A stretch of DNA of 64,000 bases from the NCBI RefSeq assembly GCF_004010195.1, contig NC_057718.1, positions 93,336,561 to 93,400,560 of the forward strand, in the 5' to 3' direction. Numbering within the stretch: the stretch's first letter is position 1; each line of letters begins with the position of its first letter. Position numbers and translations under genes: made by a program. Source of the DNA: Chiloscyllium plagiosum (Eukaryota). Below, in pieces: positions 24,195 through 35,837 of the stretch. The notes under the pieces were generated by a model that had not been told where the DNA came from, made no database searches, and was given only the letters and a program-made list of their open reading frames with translations.

Positions 24195-26711
24195 CCTGAA
24201 ATGCATCTACTTTAATGCAAGGAGTATAGTGTGTAAGGCAGATGAACTTAGGGCTTGGATTGGTGGCTGGGAGTATGACATTATTGCCATCACAGAGACT
24301 TGGTTGAAGGAAGGGCTTGATGATTGGCGATAAATGTTTCAGGATATAGACGCTTCAGACAGGACAGGGAGGGAAGTAATAGAGGGTGTAGAGTTACGTT
24401 GCTGGTCAGGGACGATATCACAGCTGTGCTAAAGGAGGAGACTATGGTGGTCTTGGTTAGTGAGGCATTATGGGTGGAGCTGAGAAATAAGAAGAGTGCA
24501 GTTACATTGTTGGGGCTGTATTACAGACCTCCCAACAGTGAGCGTAAGGTAGAAGAAAAAATAGGTAAATAGATTATGAATAGATGTAGAGGCAATAGGG
24601 TAGTGGTGATGGGAGATTTTAATTTTCCCAACATTGACTGGGATACACATAGTGTCAGAGGTATGGATGGAATAGAATTTGTACAAAGTGTCCAGGAGAG
24701 TTTTCTAGAGCAGTATGTCAACAGTCCGATGAGGGAAGGGGCCATATTGGACCTGGTACTGGGGAACGAGCCAGGACAAGTGTAGAAGTTGCGATGGGGA
24801 ATTTCTTTGGGAACAGTGACTACAATGCTGTAAGTTTTAGAATACTCGTAGATAAAGAAGAGAGTGGTCCTGAGGGAAGAGTACTAAACTGGGCCAAAGC
24901 CAATTATATCAAAATTAGGCAGGAGCTGGGAAATATGGATTGGACACAGCTATTTGAAGGGAAGTCCACGCTTGAGATGTGGGAGGCTTTCAAACATAGG
25001 TTAACGGTAGTGCAGGATAGGTGTGTCCGTTGAAGGCAAAGGATAGGAAGGACAAGATTCGTGAACCATGGATGACAGGAGGAATTGTACGACTAGCCAA
25101 GAGGAAAAGGGAAGCATACATAAGGTCTAGGCAGCTAAGAACAGAACGGGCCCTGGAGGAATATCGGAAGAGTAGGACAAGTCTTAAACAAGGAATCAAG
25201 CGGGCGAAAAGGGGTCATGAAATAGCATTAGCAAGCAGAATTAAGGAAAATCCCAAAGCATTTTAATCTTATATAAGAAGCAAGTGGGTAACTAGAGAAA
25301 GGATTGGTCCACTAAAAGATAACGAAGGAAGGCTGTGTGTCGAACCTGAGAGAATGGGTGAGATTCTGAATGATTACTTTGTATCAGTGTTCACTGAGGA
25401 GAGGAACATGATGGATGTTGAGATTAGAGATAGAAGNNNNNNNNNNNNNNNNNNNNNNNNNNNNNNNNNNNNNNNNNNNNNNNNNNNNNNNNNNNNNNNN
25501 NNNNNNNNNNNNNNNNNNNNNNNNNNNNNNNNNNNNNNNNNNNNNNNNNNNNNNNNNNNNNNNNNNNNNNNNNNNNNNNNNNNNNNNNNNNNNNNNNNNN
25601 NNNNNNNNNNNNNNNNNNNNNNNNNNNNNNNNNNNNNNNNNNNNNNNNNNNNNNNNNNNNNNNNNNNNNNNNNNNNNNNNNNNNNNNNNNNNNNNNNNNN
25701 NNNNNNNNNNNNNNNNNNNNNNNNNNNNNNNNNNNNNNNNNNNNNNNNNNNNNNNNNNNNNNNNNNNNNNNNNNNNNNNNNNNNNNNNNNNNNNNNNNNN
25801 NNNNNNNNNNNNNNNNNNNNNNNNNNNNNNATGATCTGGAAGAGGGCACTGTTGGTATGATCAGCAAGTTTGCAGATGACACAAAGATTGGTGGAGCAGC
25901 AGAAAGCATAAGGGACTGTCAGAGAATACAGGAGGATATAGATAGACTGGAGAGTTGGGCGGAAAGGTGGCAGATGGCTTTCAATCCAGACAGATGTGAG
26001 GTGATGCATTTAGGGAAGTCTAATTCTAGAGCGAATCATACAATGAATGGAAGAGCTTTGGGAAAAGTTGATGGGCACAGAGATCTGGGAATGCAAGTCC
26101 ATTGTACCCTGAAGGTTGCTGCACAAGTGGATAGAGTGGTCAAGAAGACATATAGTATGCTTACCTTCATCGAACGGGGTATTGAGTATAAGAGCTGGCA
26201 AGTCATGTTAAAATTGTACAAGACATTGGTTTGGCCGCATTTAGAATATTGTGTACAGTTCTGGTCGCCACATTACCAAAAGGATGTGGACGTTTTGGAG
26301 AGGGTGCAGAGAAGGTTTACGCGGATGTTGCCTGGTATGCAAGGTGCTAGCTATGAAGTGAGGTTGAGTAGGTTAGATTTATTTTCACTAGAAAAAAGGA
26401 GATTGAGGGGGGACCTGATTGAGGTTTACAAAATCTTGAAGGGTATAGACAGGGTGGATAGAGACAAGCTTTATCCCAGGGTGAGGGATTCAATAACGAG
26501 AGGTCATGCTTTCAAGGTGAGAGGTGGCAAGTTTAAAGGGGATACACGTGGCAAGTACTTCACACAGAGGGTGGTGGGCATTTGGAACGCATTGCCAGCA
26601 GAGGTGGTAGCGGCTGGCACGGTAGATTCATTTAAGATGCGTCTGGACAAATGCATGAGTAGGTGGGGAGCAGAGGGATACAGATGCTTAGGAAATGACC
26701 GACAGGTTTAG
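24195..26711 (+). pseudogene. CR1 ORF2: APE endonuclease plus reverse transcriptase
   Basis: Reads CIYFNARS, IAITETWL, LYYRPP, MGDFNFP, ILDLVL, KFADDTK, HLEYCVQFWSP. Disrupted, and spans an N-gap. Confidence 0.9.
25437..25830. other. assembly gap
   Basis: N run inside CR1 ORF2. Confidence 1.
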
Positions 26712-27234
26712 ACAGTACATTTGGATCGGCTCAGGCTTGAAGGGCCGAAGAGCCTGTTCCTGGGCTGTAAATTTTCTTTGTTCTTTGTATTCTTTTATTT
26801 ATACGATCATATTTAATACAATCTTTTCTGTAGATCTCCAAACTCAGTTGTAACGTCCTTCCATCTCTGATGATTTATATTGACATTTTACATTGATAAC
26901 ATTAACCATTTATGCTACAACCGTCCTTCAACTCCCTCACATTGCTTACATTATCTTACAATAATTGGTGCCAACTTATTGCATTTATTTACATAATAAT
27001 TAACCACAAAAAGGAGATGAGAACAAAGGCTTATTTAAAGAGATTGGTTCCCCCTCCAGTTCCATTTTGCTTTAGCCCCCTCCCTCTTTCTCTCCCCTTT
27101 TTATTTTGTTATTGTTGGAATTTGTTATTGCGATGAGTGAAATGGGTGATTTGGTGAGGGGGGGTGGTCATAAAAAAGTTAAGGAGATTGATTTGAAGGA
27201 ACATCATAAAGGGAGCTAGAGAAATGGAAGGACA

Positions 27235-27932
27235 TAGAGTCATAGAGATGTAGAGCACAGAAACAGACCCTTCGGTCCAACGTGTCCTTGCTGACAAGAT
27301 ATCCAAACCCAATCTAGTCCCACCTGCCAGCATCCAGTCCATATCCCTCCAAATCCTGCCTTTTAAATGTTGCAATTGTACCAGCCTCCACCACTTCCTC
27401 TGGCAGCTCATTCCATACACGTACCACCCTCTGCGGGAAAAAGTTGCCCCTTATGTCTCTTTTATATCTTTCTCCTCTCACCCTAAACCTATGCCCTCTA
27501 GTTCTGGACTCCCCCCACCCCAGTGAAAAGACTTTGCCTATTTACCCTATCCATGCCCCTCATGATTTTGTAAACCTCTATAAGGCCACCCCTCAGCCTC
27601 TGAAGCTCCAGTGAAAACAGCCCCAGCCTGTTCAGCCTCTCCCTATAGCTCAAATCCTCCAACCCTGACGACAACCTTGTAAATCTTTCCTGAACCATTC
27701 CAAGTTTCACAACATCCTTCCGATCGGAAGAAGACCAGAATTGCACACAATATTCCAACAGTGGCCTAACCAATATCCTGTCCAGCTGCAACATGTCCTC
27801 CCAACTCCTGTACTTAATACCCTAACCAATAAAGGAAAGCATACCAAACGCCTTCTTCACTATCCTATCTACCTGCGACTCCACTTTCAAGGAGCTATGA
27901 ATCTGCACTCCAAGACTCTTTGTTCAGCAACA
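27235..27932 (-). mobile_element. CR1 LINE 3' fragment
   Basis: Minus frame LVRPLLEYCVQFWS...RGGLIEVYKIMRG. Confidence 0.9.
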
Positions 27933-28460
27933 TGACAACTGAGTTTGGAGTTCTCCAGAAAGCGTTGTGTTAAATATGATCTTATTAATAAAAGGATGTT
28001 TAAAAAACGATCATCTTGTTGACAGCCTAGCTTCCAGCGGTCTTTATTAAGGTCATGATGTCCCTCCAAGATCCCATGTGATGGTAACAGTTACTACGTT
28101 AGGGAAAGAATTGAAAATGTCAGGACCTGGATTGCAGCAGGCACAAAGCCACTGATGGAACCTGACTGTCATTAACTAAGCTAACATTTATTGATCATTC
28201 CAAATCATTCTTGAAGGTGGTGGAGAGCCACATCCTTGAATCACTGTGGCTGTGCTTAATGGATCCACGCAGAGTCAATTGGACAAGGTATCAAGGCTTT
28301 TAACTCAACGGTGTTAAAGGAAGGGAATGTAAGTCGGGATGCTGTGTGATGGGGAGAGGAACCTGAAAGTGCTGATGTTCCCCATCTGTCGGTTGCCCAT
28401 TTATGTGTAGGTGTGCTGGTCACGTCGACCAGTTTATGTCCTAAAAGCACTTCATCCTTC

Positions 28461-28980
28461 TGTGAGATGGACAAAGGGACAGAGAATTTGATTTGTAGTT
28501 CAATTTGATTTTATTAACAAATTATTCTTTATTAAAAAGATATTCTACGGTGAGCATTTTCCAATATCCCGCAATATTTACTCTTTATCATGATTCATCG
28601 GAGAAAGGATATTCCCTGCAATGATCCATGTGTTCGAGTCAGGCTATTGGAATCTCCTTCCCCTCTGTGGGACTGGATCTCTTCAGGAAGGGGGCTATCA
28701 TTGGTCAGGGTGGATCTTCGACTCGGTCATCTTGGATTATCACATGATCTTCCGCAACGTGTTTTCCCTGAGGAAGTGACTCCAAGGTATGTGTTTTTAT
28801 CCCCTGTTGCCCAGACGTTTCAGAATGTTCTGTGGTCTCTGGCTAATGGGGTCATGGGCTGGATTCAAAGGATCTGGTCAACGCCCCTCACTGTTGCCAG
28901 GGAGATGTGAAGTTCACATCCTCAAGCACTGGCTAGGTCAAGGTGCTAGAGAGTCTCATCGACTCTTCTCCAATATACAG
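28461..28980 (-). mobile_element. probable ERV 3' LTR
   Basis: Lies downstream of the env-like sequence. The minus strand has CCAAT, two AATAAA near 28510-28535, and ends ...ctcaCA. No clear polypurine tract. Confidence 0.35.
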
Positions 28981-29103
28981 CCCCCAGGCTGGTTGCAACT
29001 GGTTCCCGCTGAGCCTTTGTGACCTCTTTGATCCTTGTTTCCACTGTTCTCTCCACCAATAGCTGCTGGCTGCTGCCAAATTTAGTTTAGCCAATTTTCT
29101 GCC

Positions 29104-29637
29104 ATAGAGTCATAGAGCTGTACAGGACGGAAACAGACCCTTCGGTCCAATTCATCCACACAGACCAGATATCCTAACCTAATCTAGTCCCATTTGCTAA
29201 TATTTGGCCCATATCCCTCTAAACTCTTCCTATTTATGGACCCATCCAGATGCCTTTTAAATGTTGTGATTGTATCAGCCTCCACCACGTCCACTGACAG
29301 CTCATTTCATTCACGCACCACCTTCTGCGTGAAAAAGTTGCCGCTTAAGTCCCTTTTAAATCTTTACCCTCTCATCCCTAACCTATGCCCTCCAGTTCTG
29401 GACTCCCACACCCCAGGAAAAAAAAACTTGTCTATTTACCCTATCCATGCCCCTCATGATTTTATAAACCTCTATAAGGTGACCCCTCAGCCTCCAACGC
29501 TCCAGGGAAAACAGCCCTAGCCTGTTCAGCCTTTCCAATAGCTCAAATCCTCCAACCCTGGCAACAGCCTTGTAAATCTTTTCTGAACCCTTTCAAGTTT
29601 CACAACATCCTTCTGATGGGAGGGAGACCAGAAATCC
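29104..29637 (-). mobile_element. CR1 LINE 3' fragment inserted in the ERV
   Basis: catagagtcatagag tail and antisense CR1 C-terminus. Confidence 0.9.
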
Positions 29638-29859
29638 ACAGTACCTCCTGTTGATCTCTTCAAGTGTCTCATGAAAATAGGATGCCAGGCTCAAGCCACA
29701 CACTTGTGCAGGATGTATCATATCTCACATAGATAGCTTAACTCCCTGAGAATCTGGGATCCCCATTGTACAAAGATATCAATACCCTGTATACTACCTT
29801 CCTTACACATATCAATAAGCTTACTGTGTACAAATAACTTAATATATAAACTGAGAATT

Positions 29860-31440
29860 AGTCACTATTTACAATGCACTGGCTCGCCATCAAGCCTTTT
29901 TGGCAATTAACAACGTTTGATAAAGTAAGATTCACACCACGTACTGCAGTTTGACTCAGGACTATCCCAGGATGACAAAATGGGGTCCTAATCTGCTGTC
30001 CACTATTAGCATCAATCTTTCCCCAACTGACCTCCTTTAGGGTCCTGGCCTTTCCTATGAACACCATTGCCAGGTGTTGGGCTGCCTGGTTTTCTCTTGC
30101 TCACCCCCTCGGCATCTTCCTGCTGCCAGCCCAGATTAATTTTTATTGAAGGCTGTGTTCGAAGCCTGAGCTTATTATCTGCATTAATTAAATTGAGGGT
30201 GTTGACTGTGGACACTCCTGCTCTGTAAAAGCTGGCCTGAGTCCAACCACCTGTTGTGTCAATCCCTGTTTTCTGCCCGAATAGCCAATGGATCAAATAC
30301 AAGTATAATTCCTGAAGTTAAGAAAGGTATCAGATTAGCAGTTCGGTTCTGGATATACCTGGTACCAATTTGTGGTGTATTTTGTCAAACAGCGTTTTAA
30401 AGCCACTCCATGTTGTGAGGTGGCACTATAGCTCAGTGGATAGCACTGCTGCCTCACAGTGCCAGGTACCCGGGTTTGATCCCACCCTTGGGTGACTGTC
30501 TTTGTGCAGTTTGCATATTCTCCCTTGTCTGCATGGCTCTCCTCTCGCAATTGCAGGTTAGGTGGATTGGCCATGGGAAATTAGGGGTGGGTGGGATTCT
30601 CTTTGGGGATCAGTGTGGGTTTGATGGCCTGAATTGCCTGTCTCCACTCTATGGTCCCAGGGTAGTCCTCAGATAAACATGTTCAGGTGCACTTCTGCCT
30701 TTTTTTAGCCCATTTCTAGTTTCATGCTAGACATAATTCTTCCTGGGGCAGTGTTGACTAATTTCCAGCCCTCCTTCTGAGCCAATAGTCTATTATCCCA
30801 TTTCCACACATCAGCTTGTGGAGTCACCCTACCAGTCATCCGTGCTGTCTGTGCTCAGGTAGCGATGATCTGAGTTTCCATTTGTCTTCCTATACACAGG
30901 TTGGTACACCCAAATGTCACGGATTTGTTGGGCTGGACCCGCAGAACACCATCCTCACATTGGGCCTGCCTCCCCTGGGGCAAACCGAGGTACGTGTACT
31001 CCTGCTCAATTTCTAATGATCACATCCTGGCAAACCAGCCAATGATGAATACCAGAACACTCTGATTCTGGCAAAGGGGTCAAGGTGGCATGTGTTATCT
31101 GACCAAGTTTAAATACCTCCCCATCCTTCTCCACCTGGGGGGATGGTTTTTTCTAACTCTGTCTGGTCTTGGCCTGTGCTTCTCCCAAAGTTGGCTTTTA
31201 ACAAATTCCTCCAATTCCCCCTTGGTCAGTCAATTGCTTATATGTCAGGCCTCACTTTAGGCCCAACATTGGTTATTACACAATGGGGAGGTTGAAGGTG
31301 GGTCAGTGCGTTGCTATCATTAGAGTTCTGAATGATTAAAGTTCCTTTGAATGTGATGGTGTTGAAACGACAGGAAATGACAAAGGATGAGGAAGGCCCA
31401 AAACACAAAAATGATGATGTTGGCTATCTCGCAGACTGTA
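29860..31440 (-). pseudogene. env-like relic of an endogenous retrovirus
   Basis: A hydrophobic segment (ANIIIFVFWAFLIL, ~31375-31430), a Cys/Asn-containing stretch, and a fusion-peptide/heptad-like segment AGVSTVNTLNLINADNKL (~30170-30225). Lies 3' of the integrase on the same strand. Confidence 0.45.
30417..30650 (+). mobile_element. HE1-type SINE inserted in the ERV
   Basis: Contains gctcagtggatagcactgctgcctcacag. Confidence 0.8.
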
Positions 31441-31567
31441 TGGTGCTGTATCCTTGTACAAACAGGATGGGCTGATAGATTCAGGCTATGGTGGTGGCAG
31501 ATGTTTATGTTCTACTTTGGGTCTGGTCGATTAGTGGCTCACCAGGGTTGGGGTGTAATGGAGGGCA

Positions 31568-31730
31568 TGTATGCGTGTGTGTGTCTGTATGCGCGAGTGT
31601 GTGTGTTCGTGTCTGTGTATGTGTATGTATTGTGTGCCTGTGTGTGTATGTATGTGTGTGTCTAAGTCTGTGTGTGGATGTATGTGTGCATGTGTTTGTG
31701 TGTGTGCGTGTGCGCGTGCGTGTGCGCGTG
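31568..31730. repeat. degenerate (TG)n/(TGCG)n microsatellite
   Basis: Directly visible in the sequence. Confidence 0.95.
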
Positions 31731-31961
31731 TATCTAAGGTCTCTGGCTACCAGGGACTTGCTCCTCCACCGGTTTCAGTGGGAATGCCAGAGTGACTGCC
31801 TTCCGAAAGGGATTGTCTCCATCTCTGGGCTAGAGCACCACATAGGACACTTGCTTGGGCAGAGTGTCTCCAACCATCTCTTTTGCTTCAGGGCTACTGT
31901 GCAATGAGACCATGCCTCTTCTGGCTGGATTGATAGTTCCAATTATGAGTCAGTTTCTGCA

Positions 31962-32559
31962 AGGGAGATTGGACGCCTCCTCGCAGAGAGCTTCAGGGAA
32001 CATCTCTGGGACACCCACACCAATCAACCACACCGCCCTGTGGCCGAACATTTCAACTCCCCCTCCCACTCTGCCAAGGACATGCAGGTCCTGGGCCTCC
32101 TCCACTGCCGTTCCCTCACCACTCGACGCCTGGAGGAAGAACATCTCAGCTTCCGCCTCGGAACACTTCAACCCCAGGGCATCAATGTGGACTTCAGCAA
32201 TTTCCTCACTTCCCCATTCCCCTCCTCACCCCAGTTCCAACCTTCCCGCTCAGCACTGTCCTTATGACCTGTCCTACCTGCCAATCTCCCTTCCCACCTA
32301 TCCGCTCCACCCTCCTCTCTGATCTATCATCTCCATCCCCACCCCCATCCACCTATTGTACTCTTTGCTATCTTCTCCCCAGGCCCCCCCCCCATTTATC
32401 TCTCCACCCTGGAGGCTTCCTGCCTCTATTCCTGATGAAGGGCTTTTGCCCGAAACGTTGATTTTCCTGCTCCGTCGGATGCTACCTGACCTGCTGTGCT
32501 TTTCCAGCACCACTCTAATCTAAACTCTGGTTTGCAGCATCTGCAATCCTCACTTTTGC
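31962..32559 (+). mobile_element. 5'-truncated Penelope element (GIY-YIG end, 3'UTR, hammerhead), 12-bp TSD
   Basis: Reads HFNSPSHSAKDMQVLGL..RRLEEEHLSFRLGTLQPQGINVDF. TSD tcagtttctgca at 31950-31961 and 32560-32571. Confidence 0.92.
32428..32463 (+). ncRNA. minimal hammerhead ribozyme motif, intact core
   Basis: AUUC-CUGAUGA-A-GGGC-UUUU-GCCC-GAAA-CG-UU^GAUU, with palindromic ACGU at stem III. Confidence 0.8.
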
Positions 32560-32744
32560 TCAGTTTCTGCAGGTCAGGCTTCCAAAGGGACAGTATTTAG
32601 GGCTGCTCTAGGATCCTGGCCTAGATCTGAATCTGGGGCTGGTCTTGCATTGGGATTGGGAATTTAGATTGAGACTGGATCAGTGACTGGCCCGGAGTTT
32701 GGATCAGGATTTGGTTTAGTGTCGACTTGCCCCAGTTCTCATGG

Positions 32745-33560
32745 AAGCACGCGGAATTGGTGGCTGATGCTATGGGGTCTGTTGACCTTTAAATGTGGTC
32801 CCACCCAGCCTTTTCTGTAGTGAGCAAAATTCTGTACACAGGTGGGCTGACCTTGTGCACTGCTGAGTGGAGATTGAAGGGGGACTGGAATGTTTTCGGC
32901 TGGAAAATTTGTAAGATCACTCACTGCCCTCCTACTTTTCCCATCAACATGCACCTTGCTCCATTTTTTTTCCTTTTTGACCATCTGATGGCCACTGCTT
33001 AGTGTTCGACCATTATGTTTTCAAATAGAATTTTCACACTTTACTCATGGCAAAGGGCTTTGATGTCAAGCTCTCTCAAGTCCGGTCCTATTGTGGGTTC
33101 GATACCTCTCATGGGGCATCCAGTCATTAGAACAGGATGGAGGGGAGGGGAGGGAGGGTGCATTCCTTATGAGCATGAAGACAAAAGGTCATATTCCATT
33201 TCAGGTCGAGTCGTATTGCTGGTTAACCTTTCGCAGCCTCCCTTGGAGGGTGTGAATCATCCTCTTTATATTCCCACTGGATTGAGAATGTGAGGTGATT
33301 AGGAACCCTTTGGCTCACACCAAATTCCCTGGGCTGTGAACTGGGTTTCCTGGTCTGAAGCTATACTGTGGGGAAAACCCTATATAGTGAAATCATGCTG
33401 AATTTGGATATGTCTGCAACCTTCACAGGGTTTGTTCAAGTGAGGAACACCTCTGCCATTTCCTAAAAATGCCCATGATGACCAGAATATCCTGAAATCC
33501 CCCTTTACCGGGTGGTAGGGGGCTGATGCAGTGCATTTGAAGGTCAGTCTGAAGTCCTGC
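32745..33560 (-). pseudogene. retroviral integrase relic
   Basis: Hand translation across frameshifts gives TDLQMHCISPLPPGKGGFQDILVIMGIFRKW/AEVFLT; GFPHSIASDQETQFTAQ; SHSQSSGNIKRMIHTLQGRLRK; PFVFMLIRNAP; LMTGCPMR; GQPTCVQNF..KGWVGPHL (GPY/F-like). Confidence 0.85.
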
Positions 33561-33574
33561 TACAGGCCTGGTAT

Positions 33575-34850
33575 GCCTTAACTCTCCCTTATTGGCATAC
33601 TATTCTGGAATGTTCTGAGTGCAGTTGATGCAATTCTTGACAGAATGTCTTTTCCCATTTTTGGACAGCAATACAATCCCTTCATTGGCTTTATCAGTCG
33701 CACTGATGTACTGGGCTCCTCCATCATCGAGGATGGGGATATTAGTGGAGCCTCTTCCTCCAGTGAGTTATTTAATTGTCCACCATCATTCACAACTGGA
33801 TCTGCAAAGCTTAACACTTATCCATTGGTTGTTCTGTCTCTCACTTGCTGCTGATACTGTTTGGCATAAAAATAGTCCTGTTTGGTAGCTTCTCCAGTTG
33901 ATAACTCATTTTTGTGGTATTGCTCCTGGCATGCCCTTTTGCACTCTCCACTGAACCAGGGTTGATCTCCTGGTTGATGGTAATGATTGAATGGGGGATA
34001 TGCTGGGCTATGAGGTTACAGATTGTGCTGGGGTACAGTTCTGCTGCTGTTGATGGCCCACAGTACCTCATGGATGCCCAATCTTGAGTTGCTAGATCTG
34101 TTCAAAGTCTGTCTCATTTAACATGGTGGTGATTGCACACAACACGATGACGGGCATTCTCAATGTAAAGACGGGAGATTTTCTCCACAAGGCCTGTGCG
34201 GTGGTCACTCTTACCAATACTGGCACAGGCAGATGCATCTGCAGCTGGCAGATTGGCAAAGATGAGGTCAAGTATGATTGCGGTCACCGCCTGCCACAGA
34301 CCCAGCCTAGCAGCGATGTCCTTTATGACCCAACTAGTTCGATCAGTAGTACTGCTGTAGAGTCACTCATCGTGGTGGACATTGAAATCCCCCACCCAGA
34401 GTACATTCTGTGCCCTTGCCACCCTCAGTGTTTCCTCCAAGTGTTGTTCAACATGATAGAAAACCAATTCATCAGCTGAGGGAGGATGGCACTTGGCCAA
34501 CCAGCAAGTTTATTTACAATTCCCACAATTAACCGGGGTTCGGAGTCAACGTTTAGGCCTCCCAGACAACTCCCTCCTGATTGTATTCCGCTGTACTGCC
34601 ATCAGGACGTATCCAGAGATGGTGATGGACACAGTCAGTCAGGTATGACTCCATAAGAATAACTATGTCAAGCTATTGCTTGGCTAGTCTGTGAGACAGC
34701 TCTTCTAATTTTGGCATGTGCCCCCTCCCCACCCAGATGTTGGGAAGGAGAACTTTTCAGGGTCAACAGGGCTGTTTCTGCCATTGCCTTTTCCAGCACT
34801 TAGCTTAATACCTGATGGTCCACCCTGTTTCATTGAGACATAACAACTGC
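33575..34850 (-). mobile_element. old CR1/L2-group LINE ORF2 fragment (endonuclease to RT start)
   Basis: Antisense motifs equivalent to W(V)GDFNVHH and LDLI, and the region around IKAMGPDNIP. Confidence 0.7.
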
Positions 34851-34854
34851 TATG

Positions 34855-35170
34855 ACCGAATGGCTTGCTCGGCCATTTCAGAGGGCAAGTTGAGAGTCAG
34901 CCACATTGCTGTGGGTCTGGAGTCACATGTAGGCCAGGTGAGTATGGCCGATCTCCTTTCCTGAACTATATTGGTGAGCCAGTTGGATTATTCTGACAAT
35001 CAGAACAATCAACAACAATTTCATGGTCATCAGTAGATTCTTAATTCCTGATTTTTTTTATTAATATCGAATTCCATTAGCTGCCATGGTGGGATTCGAA
35101 CCTGGGACCTCAGAGCATTAGCTGAGTTTCTGAATTAACAGTCCAGTGATAATACCTCTGGGCTATTGCC
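34855..35170 (-). mobile_element. tRNA-like SINE (family 2)
   Basis: Reverse complement of the family-2 body, with B-box gggattcgaacc. Confidence 0.8.
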
Positions 35171-35377
35171 TCTCTCTAACTGAGCTAGACCTGACACAAT
35201 CTGTTTATGATTATTTTTGCCTTCCACCTTAAGCCAATCATGATCATGTACTTTGCAATCTGTAGTTGCTATCTGTAAACTTAGATTCAAAGCAAAAGAC
35301 TTTAAATATGTTTAACTCTCTAGTTTCGCTGTGTTTGAATATTTCAGTTTGATTTGTTGACTACTTGCTTGGTTAGA

Positions 35378-35837
35378 GGCAAAAATAAATGCAGATGCTG
35401 GAATCCAAGATAGACAGGCAAGACGCTGGGAGAACACAGCAAGCCAGGCAGCATCAGGAGATGGAGAAGTCAATGTTTTGGGTGTAACCCTTCCTCAGGA
35501 CTGGGGGTGGGTGGAAAGGGAGTTATAAAGAGAGAGGGGAAAGGGTAGCGACAAACATTGAGTTCTCCAATTTCAAATAACCTCCCTTCCCAGCACCTCC
35601 CCCCTCCCTCTTATTGACCCTTCCTTCCAGTGACCAACCGGATTCATTCCTCCCATCCCAACCATGTCGTGCCCTCTACCTGTGTTCACCTATCACTACC
35701 TCACCACCCTGCCCCCAACCTCTCCCCGCCTCCCCCACACCCCCTTTATCTGCAGCTCCCCTTACACCCACCACCAGTCCAGAAGAAGAGTTACACCCTG
35801 ATGCTGCCTGGCTTGCTGTGTTCTTCCAACCTCCTGC
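35378..35837. mobile_element. fold-back Penelope element with degenerate hammerheads
   Basis: Arms cacagcaagccaggcagcatcagg / cctgatgctgcctggcttgctgtg. Minus-strand core CUGAGGA-A-GGGU-UAC-ACCC-(A)AAA. TSD-like ttgactac(t/c)tgc at 35357-35368 and 35838-35849. Confidence 0.8.

Larger units (their letters stand above)
22690..26790 (+). mobile_element. near full-length CR1 LINE (inactivated)
   Basis: GC-richer 5'UTR, ORF1, ORF2 and a ttctttgttctttg tail. The 5' boundary is approximate. Confidence 0.9.

Noticed and set aside
25354..26009. Long ORFs spanning poly-X (also 53991-54967 and 62307-62791)
   Set aside because: These are artefacts of N-gaps inside CR1 ORF2.
31387..31907. Val/Cys-rich ORFs
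   Set aside because: They are translations of the (TG)n microsatellite.
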